From Acidobacteriota bacterium (GTDB lineage: Bacteria > Acidobacteriota > Vicinamibacteria > Vicinamibacterales > UBA2999), in contig JBFMCA010000002.1 of assembly GCA_040754955.1 (NCBI GenBank), forward strand, positions 5,243-69,242: a stretch of 64,000 nucleotides of DNA. The letters are read 5' to 3'. This document shows positions 45,537-55,622 of the stretch, in pieces. How positions within the stretch are numbered: position 1 is the first letter of the stretch; every line of letters starts with the position of its first letter. The notes below the pieces were generated by a model, which was not told the DNA's origin, did no database searches, and worked only from the letters and a program-made list of their open reading frames with translations. The translations under genes and the position numbers were made by a program.

Positions 45537-47284
45537 TCGGGGCGGCCCCCGACCAAGCGCCAGAGGCGCTGCGCCACGAGCTCACGCACGCGGTCGCGTC
45601 GCGACCGACGCAGGAGCTCGCGCTTCTTGCGCTGGCGGGCTGCCTTGGCCGCACGTTTGGCGGCCTTGATCGCCCGCTCCTCCGCCGCGCGACGCCGGCG
45701 TCGCGCCGCCTTCTCGAACCACCGCGGCACTCGCGCGGCGAAGTCGCCCGCCAGCCGCATCAACTTCTCGCGCCGTTTCGCACGGAGATGCGCGGCCCGC
45801 CGGCGTAGCTCGTCGTGCTCCCGCGGGCTCAGTAGCAACGCGCGCACGGGCCAGCGGTCCGCGTTCGCGACGACCCACCTGGCCAGCGGCGGAGCCACGG
45901 GCCTGGCCGGTGCAGGAGGCTGGGCCGGCGCGTCGAGCGCGCCTTCGATGGCCGCCACGTACCGGTCAGTCGCGGAAACACCCCGCCCATGCGGGCGGAT
46001 GAAGTGCGCCACAAAAGACGCGCTCCGTGCCGCGGCCGCGTCCGGATTGTCCAGCACGGCCGCGAGCTGCTCGATGTGAGACGCCATGTCGCGGGCCGCG
46101 TGCAGCAGCCCGTGGTCTGCGTCGAGCAGATAGCGGAAGTGGAGCGTGCCTTCCTGGTTCTCGGCGAACTCTGGCAGCAGCAGCGTCAGCACGGGCCGGC
46201 CGACGATCGCAGACTCCAGCATTGCGCTGGTGTTCAGGCCAACGACCACCGCGCTGTAGTACATCGAATCGAAGTATTCGGTCCGGGCGGCGGGGGTCAT
46301 CGGATTGCTGCCGAACAGCACCGTGGGCCCGAGCCCGTCCAACGTGACGTCGCGCCACTCTGCCAGGCGCGAGGGATGCGGCCGGATCAGGATCGGCACG
46401 TCGCGCAGCCTGACCTCGCCGCTGCCGCGCACCTCCTCGACCCACCGGCGCACGAACCGGGCCTCGGACGGGCTCCCCCGGAACAGCGCCGAACAGACAT
46501 ACAGCACGAACGGCCGGTCATCAGGGAGACCGGCGTCGGCCGCGAACTCCCGTCGACTGCGTCCGGGCGTCCGGCCGAACCACTGGTCGAAGCACTGTGC
46601 CCCTGTCACGACGACGCGCGCGCGCGGAACACGGTGCAGTTCGACCGCCTCACGCAGCTGCGTCTCGTTCCACACCGTCACGACATCGGGCATGTCGCGC
46701 AGCATCGACTTGCTGGAGAGGTTGTCCCAGCTCCAGACGCAGAACACCGTGCGGAGGCCGATGCGACGTGCCGCCGCCAGGTACTCGACCTCAGGCGAGC
46801 CGAGGCCAATGAGCGGCGTGAAGAGCACGATGTCGGGCGCCTGCTCGCGCAGATACTCCTCGGCGCTGGTGTCCTGCGGCAGCGCGAGCTCGAGGCGGCG
46901 CAGTCCGCCCTCAATGGACCGCCGTCCTGCCGCGCCGAGGACCCGGTCGGCCCACACCACGCCGCGCGGTGCCCGGTCCGCTGCACGAGCGCGCAGCCTT
47001 GGCGTGTCGACGTATTCGGGAGCGGCGTACCTGAGGTAGTCCAGCCCGAGACGGACACGTTCGGACACATCGCGGGCAGACTGCGTGGCGACAGCGGGTG
47101 TCCACCCGACGGTAATCCCAAGATGCGCGGCCGCCAGCTGCTCGACGAGCTGAAGGCCGCCCTGTTTTTCCTGCTGCGTGGCCGCCAGGTGCACCCGGTG
47201 TCCTCGGGCCGCGAGCGCGGCAAGCGCCCCGTCGAAGTTGCGCAGGCACCCGAAATGCCACGTGATGAACAGGATCTTCGCCAA
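45533..47284 (-). CDS. 'SWD/RPHP' GT-B-like transferase with long basic C-terminal helix
   Basis: Motifs WHFGCLRNF, WSWDNLSSK, IRPHP and QEGTLHFRYL. Tail KAARRRRRAAEERAIKAAKRAAKAARQRKKR. Confidence 0.78.
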   Translation of the reverse strand: MAKILFITWHFGCLRNFDGALAALAARGHRVHLAATQQEKQGGLQLVEQLAAAHLGITVGWTPAVATQSARDVSERVRLGLDYLRYAAPEYVDTPRLRARAADRAPRGVVWADRVLGAAGRRSIEGGLRRLELALPQDTSAEEYLREQAPDIVLFTPLIGLGSPEVEYLAAARRIGLRTVFCVWSWDNLSSKSMLRDMPDVVTVWNETQLREAVELHRVPRARVVVTGAQCFDQWFGRTPGRSRREFAADAGLPDDRPFVLYVCSALFRGSPSEARFVRRWVEEVRGSGEVRLRDVPILIRPHPSRLAEWRDVTLDGLGPTVLFGSNPMTPAARTEYFDSMYYSAVVVGLNTSAMLESAIVGRPVLTLLLPEFAENQEGTLHFRYLLDADHGLLHAARDMASHIEQLAAVLDNPDAAAARSASFVAHFIRPHGRGVSATDRYVAAIEGALDAPAQPPAPARPVAPPLARWVVANADRWPVRALLLSPREHDELRRRAAHLRAKRREKLMRLAGDFAARVPRWFEKAARRRRRAAEERAIKAAKRAAKAARQRKKRELLRRSRRDRVRELVAQRLWRLVGGRPE

Positions 47285-47293
47285 CTGCCTCGA

Positions 47294-48286
47294 TCAGGCC
47301 TTCAGGACGTACTCTGTGGACATCTCGCGCAGTTGCGGGAGGTACTTGCGCCCCCACCCAACCATCTCGCGCAGCCCATCCTGGAGGGAGATCTCGGGTT
47401 CCCAACCGACGTCGTTCTTGATCGCGCTGCTGTCCAACCAGTACCGCGAGTCCTGTCCGAGGCGATCTGGCTTCTCCTCGACGAGCTGCTCGAACGAGAT
47501 GCCCAGCGCATCCGCAGTCATGCGCACCAGGTCCCGGATGGCGGTCGGCATCTTGGGGCCGGCGTTGTAGACCTTCCCGAGCGGCGCCCGCTCCGACACG
47601 AGGTGGATGGCGCGCGCGAGGTCGGCCGCGTGGATGTAGGACTTCTCGGCTCGACCGCCGCCGTGCAGGGGCAGCTTCTGGCCCAGCAGGCCCGCCAGCA
47701 CCGCTCGCGGAATCACCCGGTGCAGTTGCTGGCCAGGCGCATAGGCGTTCGAGGGCCGAATGATGTTCATTGGGAACTTCAGGAACGACGCGACCGAGAG
47801 CAGGTAGAGGTCGAAGGCCGCCTTCGACGCAGCGTACGGGCTGCTCGGCCGAATCGGAGCATCCTCCTTCGACGGCTCGGTCACTGACCCGTACAGCTCC
47901 GACGTGCCGATCTGGATGAACCGTTCCAGGTAGCTCCGTGACATCAGCTCCTCGGACATCTTCACGAGCGCCGTGGCGTTGGTGTCGAAGAAGCGCCACG
48001 ATCGCTTCCATGACACCGCACCCTCGCCCTGGGCCGCATAGCAGACAATAACTTCCGGCCTCTCCCGATCGAAGAGCTCGAACAGCCGGTCTTGCTCGTA
48101 TACGACATGGATCTGGTGGTACTCGTAGCGAGGGTCGCCCTTGCCGACGTTGAGCGTGAACGGCTCGGGCTTCTCAGGATTGCGTCCGACGCAAATCACC
48201 TTCCGCGGATTGGCGTGCTCCAGCAGGTACTTCGCCGTGTGAACGCCGAATACGCCGTTGCCGCCGAGAATCACGTAACTCTTCAT
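47294..48286 (-). CDS. NAD-dependent epimerase/dehydratase (NDP-sugar 4,6-dehydratase-like)
   Basis: Motifs LGGNGVFG, IGTSELYG, PYAASKAA and RPSNAYAPGQ. ATGA overlap at 48283-48286. Confidence 0.88.
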   Translation of the reverse strand: MKSYVILGGNGVFGVHTAKYLLEHANPRKVICVGRNPEKPEPFTLNVGKGDPRYEYHQIHVVYEQDRLFELFDRERPEVIVCYAAQGEGAVSWKRSWRFFDTNATALVKMSEELMSRSYLERFIQIGTSELYGSVTEPSKEDAPIRPSSPYAASKAAFDLYLLSVASFLKFPMNIIRPSNAYAPGQQLHRVIPRAVLAGLLGQKLPLHGGGRAEKSYIHAADLARAIHLVSERAPLGKVYNAGPKMPTAIRDLVRMTADALGISFEQLVEEKPDRLGQDSRYWLDSSAIKNDVGWEPEISLQDGLREMVGWGRKYLPQLREMSTEYVLKA

Positions 48287-50553
48287 GCATCCTCCAATGC
48301 CGTTCGATGAGCGGGCGAGCAGCCGCGGCGGAACTCCGCGTATGCCGGAGCGCCTGGCTTGTCGCGGCTGATGACGGATACCGACGAGAAACCCGCCGCC
48401 GCCAGGGTCTCGCGGACCGAGTCGCCCACCGACGCGTCGAACTCCACCAGCATCGTCTCCAGTGAGGCGTTGCGGATGACCCCCGCCGCGCCGGCAAGCA
48501 CCTCCTGCTCTGCTCCGTCCACGTCGAGCTTGATGGCGGTCGGCTGGGGCAGGCCGTACTGGCGCACGAGATCGTCCAGCTTCACGCCGAACATGGGCTG
48601 GTCGTACCGTCCGTCGGCGCACGCTCCAGACGCCGGCGCGCCGGCCCGCAGCGTGTGCCGGCTCTGGCCCGGCGCGAGGCTCCGGTACCGCATCCCGAGC
48701 AACGTCGAGTCCGACCACAGCGGCAGCGGGACGGGAATCACGTTGCGGGTACAGCCGTTCAGTACGAGATTCTCGCAGAGGTGCGCGTACGAGGCGTAGC
48801 CGGGCTCGAACGCAACGACAGTTGCGGCCGGCTGGCGGCAGGCGGCAATAAGCGTGAAGGTGCCGACGTTCGCGCCGATGTCGTAGAGCACTGACCCCTC
48901 GCGGATGTTCCGCTCGAGCCACTCGACCGTCCAAGGCTCCTTCCAGCACGAACGCGCGCGCCAGAGGCGCTCTTCGTTTGACGTGCCGCGAATGATGATG
49001 CGGACGGGCTTGTAGTCGAGCTCGACCACGGCCTCCACGCGGTTCGACTCGGCAGCCTCCTGAGCCGCCCGCGCCTCGGCCGCGGCCCTGGCCTGCTCTG
49101 CCTCGACCGCGTCAGTGGCCTTGGCCTCCTCCGCTCGCTTCTTCGCGCGCTTGTGCATCCGCTCGATCGAGCGGACAAGTACGTCGGAGGCCGGCGCGGC
49201 CAGCCCCGCGGGCCGCAGGAACGACTCCACGAAGCGCTGCATGCCTTCCCGGTCGAAATTGCCCGTCAGCGACTGCTCGAGCTGCGCGCAGTGCTGCGGG
49301 AGCGTGGTCGAGCTCTGCACGAAGCCACCGTGTTCCTTGAGCAGGTAGTGAAAGTGCAGCGTGCCTTCCTGGCCGTCCGCGTACTCTTCGGGCGCTCTGA
49401 TAGTGAGCACCGGGCGCCCGAGGATGGCGGCCTCCAGCTCCGCGCTGGTGTTCAAGCCCACGACCGCGGAGCTGTGGTACAGGCAATCGTAGAGGTACTG
49501 CGCCGCTGAGAACGGAGCGCGCGTGACGACGACCCGCTCCTGCGGGAACGGCTTGGAGAGCCTGAGCCGCACTTCCCCGTCCGCGGCGCTCCAGGCCACG
49601 CGCTGGTCGTCGCCGTCCCAGGTGCGGTGCACATCCGGGTGCGGCTTCACGATGATGTTCACGTGTGACAGTCCCGGTGTCGAGCGGACCGCCTCGATCC
49701 AGCGCTGCACGAACGGGCGCTCGTTCTCGGCAACGAACTTCGACGAGCCCAGGAACACCACGATCGGCATGGCCGGGTCGAGGCCGAGCAGCCGGCAGAA
49801 GGACTCGCGGTCGATCGAGGCCGACATCCGGAAGAAGTCGTCGAACCGCGGCGCGCCGGTGGGGACTATCAGCTTTCGCGGCACGCCGTGAAGTTCCTCG
49901 GCCTCCCTGGCCTGCAGGTCGTTCCACACGAAGACGCGATCGGGGATGGCGTGCACCAGTCCCTTGGTGGTGAGGTTGTCCCAGCTGAAGAGCACCATCG
50001 CGCACGGGATGCCCAGCTCTCGCGCGGCCTTCACGTAGTCCGCCTGGCTTGACCCGAGGTCTACGAGCGGCGTGACTAGAACGACATCCGGAGCTTCACT
50101 CTTCAGGAACCGCTGGAGCGCAGCGTCGGGCGGGATCTGGCGGAGCAGCAGCGAGAAGAAGCCCCGGAGCCGATCCTGTTCTACGGGCGTCAGGCCGAGG
50201 GCGAGATCCGCGGAGCCTGTCGGCACGACGCGGGCACCGCCGGACAACGTACTGACCAGCTTGTCGAAGGCGCGCGCGCGGAGCTTCGTGGCGCCAGCGA
50301 ACGGCGGCGTCAGATAGCGGAGGTAGTCGAGCGTGCGGCGCAGCAGGCTGATATACTCCTGCCACTCGTCGCCGCGTTTGCTCCCGCACATCAGCGTCGT
50401 CACGTTGGGCAGGCCACTCAATGACGGTGGAAGATTGTGGTCCCCGTCCTGGCTCGCCAGCCTGACGGTGTGCCCATGGGCCGACAGCGTCCGCACCACT
50501 TCCGTGAAGTGACGCACGTAACCCATCTGCTTGAGGATGAAGAGGACTTTCAT
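48283..50553 (-). CDS. 'SWD/RPHP' GT-B-like transferase fused through an Ala/Glu-rich helix to an FkbM-family methyltransferase
   Basis: Motifs FSWDNLTTKG, VKPHP and QEGTLHFHYL. Linker AEEAKATDAVEAEQARAAAEARAAQEAAE. Then KEPWTVEW, LYDIGANVG, AFEP and IKLDVDGAE. Confidence 0.82.
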   Translation of the reverse strand: MKVLFILKQMGYVRHFTEVVRTLSAHGHTVRLASQDGDHNLPPSLSGLPNVTTLMCGSKRGDEWQEYISLLRRTLDYLRYLTPPFAGATKLRARAFDKLVSTLSGGARVVPTGSADLALGLTPVEQDRLRGFFSLLLRQIPPDAALQRFLKSEAPDVVLVTPLVDLGSSQADYVKAARELGIPCAMVLFSWDNLTTKGLVHAIPDRVFVWNDLQAREAEELHGVPRKLIVPTGAPRFDDFFRMSASIDRESFCRLLGLDPAMPIVVFLGSSKFVAENERPFVQRWIEAVRSTPGLSHVNIIVKPHPDVHRTWDGDDQRVAWSAADGEVRLRLSKPFPQERVVVTRAPFSAAQYLYDCLYHSSAVVGLNTSAELEAAILGRPVLTIRAPEEYADGQEGTLHFHYLLKEHGGFVQSSTTLPQHCAQLEQSLTGNFDREGMQRFVESFLRPAGLAAPASDVLVRSIERMHKRAKKRAEEAKATDAVEAEQARAAAEARAAQEAAESNRVEAVVELDYKPVRIIIRGTSNEERLWRARSCWKEPWTVEWLERNIREGSVLYDIGANVGTFTLIAACRQPAATVVAFEPGYASYAHLCENLVLNGCTRNVIPVPLPLWSDSTLLGMRYRSLAPGQSRHTLRAGAPASGACADGRYDQPMFGVKLDDLVRQYGLPQPTAIKLDVDGAEQEVLAGAAGVIRNASLETMLVEFDASVGDSVRETLAAAGFSSVSVISRDKPGAPAYAEFRRGCSPAHRTALEDA

Positions 50554-50560
50554 GTTCTGA

Positions 50561-51580
50561 CTAGACGCGCACCCGGCGGGCGAGGAGGCGCAGGTTCTTC
50601 CCGTAGGCGCCGGCGTTGGCCAGAAACTGGAGCACGTCACCGATGCGCTCCACGGCCGACACGTCCTCGCCGTGGAGCTCGCGTCGCTGCCACACGTAGT
50701 CGGCGATGTCGAGGCCCTCGGTCTGCATCAGGGCGGTTTCGAGGCCGTGGCGCGCGACCAGATCGGAGAGCGTGGCCGGCGTGTAGTAATTGAGATGGTG
50801 CGTCGGCCAGATGAAGTGAGCGTCGGCACCCATCAGCAACCGCGATGCCGAGTCGTAGTTGGGGACGTAAAGATAGAGGACGCCGCCCGGACGCAGCAAT
50901 CCGGCCGCCTGGACGACGACTTCGGCGGGTCGCGCGAGGTGCTCGAGCACGTCGAAGAGCGAGATCGCATCGAGGCTGCCGGGCGCGACACCAGCCTCCT
51001 CGAGCGCCGCCACCCTGAGGTTCAGGCCGCGGCGCTGCCCGAACTCGATGGCCGAGGGGTTCAGATCGATGCCTTCGGCTCGCCAGCCCCGCTGCGTCGC
51101 TGCCTCGACGACGAACCCCGTGCTGCAGCCGACGTCGAGGTACCGTGGCTGCGCCACCCCCTCGAGGTGCTGCCCCATCACCTCGACCCGCTCCCTGCCG
51201 AAGCGCTCCACACGATACTCGTGGCTGGCCTCGCCGAGATCCTTCATGATCGCCTGGTAGGTCGCCGATCCGTAGACCTCCTTGTAGTGTTGCTCGTCGA
51301 AGATCGGATTGACGTAGACCAGGCCGCACTCCAGGCAGCGTACCAGCGCGAGGTGATCCTTCGTCAGCTCGTGCGTCGAGTGATCGGCTGCGCACGTCGG
51401 GCAGGGACGCCTCACGAGCAGGTCTTGCGGGACCGTGCCGAACCGGGCGATGAGCGTGTCGAGCGCGTGCGTGCGGTTCGCAATCAGCTTCCCGTAGGAG
51501 CCGTGCGGCCGCAGCTGCGCGAGGTCCACGCCGACGTACTCGGAGAAGCGGCGGTACGGAACAGTGAGCGGTTTGGTCAT
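50561..51580 (-). CDS. Class I SAM-dependent methyltransferase with CxxC..CxxC
   Basis: Motifs CPTC..CLECGL, YLDVGCSTG, LFDVLEHL, LRPGG and HLNYY. Confidence 0.88.
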   Translation of the reverse strand: MTKPLTVPYRRFSEYVGVDLAQLRPHGSYGKLIANRTHALDTLIARFGTVPQDLLVRRPCPTCAADHSTHELTKDHLALVRCLECGLVYVNPIFDEQHYKEVYGSATYQAIMKDLGEASHEYRVERFGRERVEVMGQHLEGVAQPRYLDVGCSTGFVVEAATQRGWRAEGIDLNPSAIEFGQRRGLNLRVAALEEAGVAPGSLDAISLFDVLEHLARPAEVVVQAAGLLRPGGVLYLYVPNYDSASRLLMGADAHFIWPTHHLNYYTPATLSDLVARHGLETALMQTEGLDIADYVWQRRELHGEDVSAVERIGDVLQFLANAGAYGKNLRLLARRVRV

Positions 51581-54500
51581 CCGCGGGGCGAGGTCCGCTC
51601 GGAGCCTGCCGCGCGGCACGCGCGCCGCCAGGCCTTCGACACCTGTTTGACGCCGAGCTTCCGGCGGACTTCCTTCAACACGCCCGCCAGGCGCTTGCGC
51701 CGGTGGTGCAATGCCAGCCGCCACTGCTTCCGGAGCTGCTTCATCGATCCGCCAGTCAACCGACGTGTTGCCGCCCCTGCCGTCCAAGCAGCGCCCACTG
51801 GAATCGCCAGCGCCGCACGGAGGGCGAGCGCCACGATGCCCGTCGTGTGGGGCATGGGCTCCCTCTCCGCCCCCATCACGATTGCGTCGGCCAGCAGGGG
51901 AACGGCCGGCTGCAGCCGCCCGTGAGGCCGGATGAACGCCGATACGAACCGATCGAGCACCGCGGCCGCGGCCTCGGGGTGCCGGATCGATTCGGACAGC
52001 TTGGCCACGTGCTCCTCCATCGACCGCGCTAACTGGAGGAAGCCGCCATGCTCGGGCAGCAGGTACCGGAAGTGAATCGTGCCTTGCTGCGTCTGGTCGA
52101 AATCGCCGAGCATCAGCGAATGGACGGGACGCCCGATGATCGTGGCCTCGATCATAGCGCTGGTGTTAATGCCGACGACGGCGGCCGAGTAGTAGATCGA
52201 GTCGAAGAAGGCGTCGCGGTTCTGCTCGTCGGTGGGATCGTGCCGGCCGCGCGGCCAGATCGCGACATTCGACAGGTCCGAGACGTCGGCCGCCGCCCAC
52301 TGGTCCGCGTTGTACGGATGCGGGCGAACCAGTACACCCGCATCACGAACCGCCGAATCGTCTGAACTCCGCAACGCTTCGATCCAGCGCCGTACGAACG
52401 GCGCCTCGGAGGTTTCGCCCGCGATGAAGAATGAGGATCCGGTGAACAGCACGAACGGCTTCGACGGGTCGAGGCCCACCATCGCGCAGAACTCCTCACG
52501 CGAGCGCGACGGCCGCCGCTCGAACCACCGGTCGAAGGCCTGCGCTCCGGTCACGACGATGCGGTCGGCCGAAACGCCGTGCAGATCGGACGCCTCGGCC
52601 TTCTGGAAGCCATTCCAGACGGTGACCAGATCCGGCTCGACCCGCAACAACCCCTTGTTGGTCAGGTTGTCCCAGCTCGCGATACAGGCGATCACCGGCA
52701 GCCTGACGGCCCGCGCAGCCCGTACGACGTCCACCTGCTCGGACGCCACATCCACGAGCGGAGACACCACGACCGCGTCGGCCTGAGCCTCGGCCAGGTA
52801 TCTCATGATGCGCCGGTCGACCGGGATCGCGCGCTCGATGGTGGTGAGCGCCCGCAGCAGCTCGCGCACCAGCGCCGGGGGGAGGTGATGGAACCTGTCC
52901 AGCCAGTGCAGCACCCGCGGCAGGGCCTTGCGCCTGACGCGGGCTCGCAGGGCGGGCACGTCGCCCATCCGCGGGTCCAGATACCGCACGAAGTCCATGG
53001 TGCCGCGAACGGCATGCGCGAGGCCCGCCCAGGCGTCCCGCCGTTCCGGGAAAACGCCCACGAAGCGGCCCCTCACGTCATCGGGGCGGAAGCGAGCCTG
53101 CTTTCGCTCACGAATCGCGTTCACCGTGACCGCGACGTCGTGCCCGCGGGCTCCGAGCTCGGCCAGGGTGTCGTCATAGAAGCGAAGGTACTCCGGTGAG
53201 CCCAGGACGACGAGCAGCCTCCGCCGCGCGGGCGGGCCGTCGTCCTTGTCGCGGGTGACGGTCCGGGCAGGCATCGAACGCGCGGCGGCGGCCAGGGGCG
53301 CGAGCGCCGCAGCAACCGGGCGCAGCAACACGCTGAGCGCCCTGGTGCGCGCCGGACTCGTACGACGCGACCCGACCCGCTCGATGACGTCCGCCAGCGC
53401 AGGCGCGACAGCGCGATCGAGCCCGAGTGGCCGGATGAAACTCTGGATGAAGGCGCGGTCGGTTCGCCGCGCCGCAATCGGCGTGTCCACGAGCTGTTGC
53501 AGTTGGGCCACGTGCGATGGAAGGTCGGCCGCAATGGTGAGCAGTCCGCCAGACACGTGCTGCAGGTGGCGGAAATGCAGCGTGCCCTCCTGTGTGCCGG
53601 CGAACTCGGCGGTCCGCGGCGAGTAGACGGGCCGCCCCACGATGCCCGACTCGATCAGTGCGCTCGTGTTCACGCCGACGACCGCGCTGCTGAAGTACAT
53701 CGAGTGGTAGTAATCAGCGCGCGAGTGCTCGTCCACCGGGTTCGCGCCGAGACGCGGGAATATCGCCACCGGACCCAGTTCATCCCACTGCACGTCGCGC
53801 CACTGGTCGGCGTTCTGCGGGTGCGGCCGGACCAGCACCGCGATCTCGCGCAGGCGTGGGTCCGCGCTCTCACGAATCGCCTGGAGCCATCGTTTCACGA
53901 ACCGCACCTCGCGCGGCGCGATGAACGGCGACGAGCACACGTAGAGGATGATCTCGCGGTCGGCCGGCAGGCCGATGCGGGCCGCGAACGCGTCGCGGGA
54001 GAGACTCGGTCGCGCCTCGAACCAGTGGTCGTACGCGGGTGAGCCTGTGACCGTCACGATGTCTTTGGGGATACCGTGCAACTCCGCAGCTTCGTCCCGC
54101 TGCGCTTCGTTCCACACGGTCACGGCATCAGGCACCTCGTGAACCAGTCCCTTGGTCGTCAGGTGGTCCCACGATCCGACACAGAGCACCGTCGGAATGC
54201 CCAATCGCTTCGCCGCCCGGACGTAGTCCACCTGCGGCGAACCAAAATACAACAGGGGGGTGACAACGAGAACGTCTGGACGGGTGCGTTCGAGGATGGC
54301 CGTCGCGTGCGCCGCGCCCGGGACGGCTCGCTCGAGCGCGTCCACCGCCCCATAGACGAGCCGCCGCCCCCACGGCCGGCGCATGAACGCCGAGTGCCCG
54401 ACCGTCACAGCCAGTGGCGGCACCTGAGTGGCGGCCCTCGCCCGCAGCGCCGGCGAGGCATCGTAGACCGGCTCGAGGTAGCGCCAGTAGTCCAACGTGA

Positions 54501-54735
54501 GCCGCAGGCTCGTGGCGAGCCGCGCGTAGGCGTGTCCCTTCGTGCTCGGGGCCAGCTCCGAGGTGAATGCTCCGGGCACCGCGCGCTGCAGTCCGTCGAG
54601 TGTGGTCGCGCCGCCGAGCGCCTCACGCCGGTCGGTCACCAGGTGAATCCTGTGACCGCGCCCCGCCAGCTCACGCAGTGCGTGCTCGAAGTTCCTGAGG
54701 AACCCGAGATGGGTGACTGCAAAAACGATGTTCAC
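51577..54735 (-). CDS. Tandem double 'SWD/RPHP' GT-B-like transferase
   Basis: Domain 1: GSWDHLTTKG, VRPHP, QEGTLHF. Domain 2: ASWDNLTNKG, VRPHP, QQGTIHF. Basic C-terminal tail. GTG start at 54735. Confidence 0.8.
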   Translation of the reverse strand: MNIVFAVTHLGFLRNFEHALRELAGRGHRIHLVTDRREALGGATTLDGLQRAVPGAFTSELAPSTKGHAYARLATSLRLTLDYWRYLEPVYDASPALRARAATQVPPLAVTVGHSAFMRRPWGRRLVYGAVDALERAVPGAAHATAILERTRPDVLVVTPLLYFGSPQVDYVRAAKRLGIPTVLCVGSWDHLTTKGLVHEVPDAVTVWNEAQRDEAAELHGIPKDIVTVTGSPAYDHWFEARPSLSRDAFAARIGLPADREIILYVCSSPFIAPREVRFVKRWLQAIRESADPRLREIAVLVRPHPQNADQWRDVQWDELGPVAIFPRLGANPVDEHSRADYYHSMYFSSAVVGVNTSALIESGIVGRPVYSPRTAEFAGTQEGTLHFRHLQHVSGGLLTIAADLPSHVAQLQQLVDTPIAARRTDRAFIQSFIRPLGLDRAVAPALADVIERVGSRRTSPARTRALSVLLRPVAAALAPLAAAARSMPARTVTRDKDDGPPARRRLLVVLGSPEYLRFYDDTLAELGARGHDVAVTVNAIRERKQARFRPDDVRGRFVGVFPERRDAWAGLAHAVRGTMDFVRYLDPRMGDVPALRARVRRKALPRVLHWLDRFHHLPPALVRELLRALTTIERAIPVDRRIMRYLAEAQADAVVVSPLVDVASEQVDVVRAARAVRLPVIACIASWDNLTNKGLLRVEPDLVTVWNGFQKAEASDLHGVSADRIVVTGAQAFDRWFERRPSRSREEFCAMVGLDPSKPFVLFTGSSFFIAGETSEAPFVRRWIEALRSSDDSAVRDAGVLVRPHPYNADQWAAADVSDLSNVAIWPRGRHDPTDEQNRDAFFDSIYYSAAVVGINTSAMIEATIIGRPVHSLMLGDFDQTQQGTIHFRYLLPEHGGFLQLARSMEEHVAKLSESIRHPEAAAAVLDRFVSAFIRPHGRLQPAVPLLADAIVMGAEREPMPHTTGIVALALRAALAIPVGAAWTAGAATRRLTGGSMKQLRKQWRLALHHRRKRLAGVLKEVRRKLGVKQVSKAWRRACRAAGSERTSPRG

Positions 54736-54746
54736 TCGTTCGCGGA

Positions 54747-55622
54747 CTAGAGGTTGTCGATGGCCTTGGCTTCTTCGCGCGTGAAGTACCACGCGCCGGC
54801 GACGAGCATGACGCCCGTGACGCCAAGCGCGGTCACGAGGCTGCCAATGTCGAGGGTTCCGATTCCCAGAACGCCCCACTTGAAGGTCTCGACGTACGCC
54901 GCCATGGGATTCAGCATCATCCATCCGCGGTATTCGGACGGCACCTTCGACAGCGGGTAGATGACGGGCGTGAGGTAGTTCCAGAACCGCAGCACGTAAC
55001 GCACGGTGAAGCGCACCTCGCGGACCCGCGTTTGCCAGACGCTGGTCCAGAGCCCGACCGCAACGGCCAGCGTCACGCAGCAGGCGGCGGCGAAGACCGC
55101 CGCCAACAACTGTGGGCCGATCACCAGGTACAGTCGACCGTCCGTCACGAAGTAGTAGACGAAGGCGATGGCCAGGAGCACCACGAAGATGCAGAAGTAC
55201 AACACGGCCGGTGAGGCCGACGAGAGCGGCATCACGAGCCGGGGGAAGTACACCTTCTTCACCAGACCCTTGTTCAGGTCGAGAGAGCGGGTGACCCAGA
55301 TGGTGGCCTGCTCGAAGAGCATCCAGGCCGCGGAGCCGGTGAGAAAGAAGAGGAAGTACGGGACGCCGTCAGAGCCCACGCCCAGAATACCGCCGAACAC
55401 CGCGGCCGAGATGGCGATGGGAAGGATGGGACGCAGCAGCCAGATCTTGCCCAGCAGCGTGCCCTGGTACATCTCCACCACGGTCTTGACGGCGAAAAAC
55501 CGCAGAACGCGATGATATCGGAACAGCTCGCGCAGGCGGACGCCAAGTCCCTCCCGGCGCGGCTCGATGGTCCATTCGACCGTCGCGCCCTCACCGACCG
55601 ACGAAAACAGCCGCTTAAGCAT
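54747..55622 (-). CDS. wzm: ABC-2 transporter permease for glycan export
   Basis: Motifs YQGTLLGKIW, LVKKVYFPRL, YLTPVIYP and LNPMA, with about six TM helices. Confidence 0.92.
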   Translation of the reverse strand: MLKRLFSSVGEGATVEWTIEPRREGLGVRLRELFRYHRVLRFFAVKTVVEMYQGTLLGKIWLLRPILPIAISAAVFGGILGVGSDGVPYFLFFLTGSAAWMLFEQATIWVTRSLDLNKGLVKKVYFPRLVMPLSSASPAVLYFCIFVVLLAIAFVYYFVTDGRLYLVIGPQLLAAVFAAACCVTLAVAVGLWTSVWQTRVREVRFTVRYVLRFWNYLTPVIYPLSKVPSEYRGWMMLNPMAAYVETFKWGVLGIGTLDIGSLVTALGVTGVMLVAGAWYFTREEAKAIDNL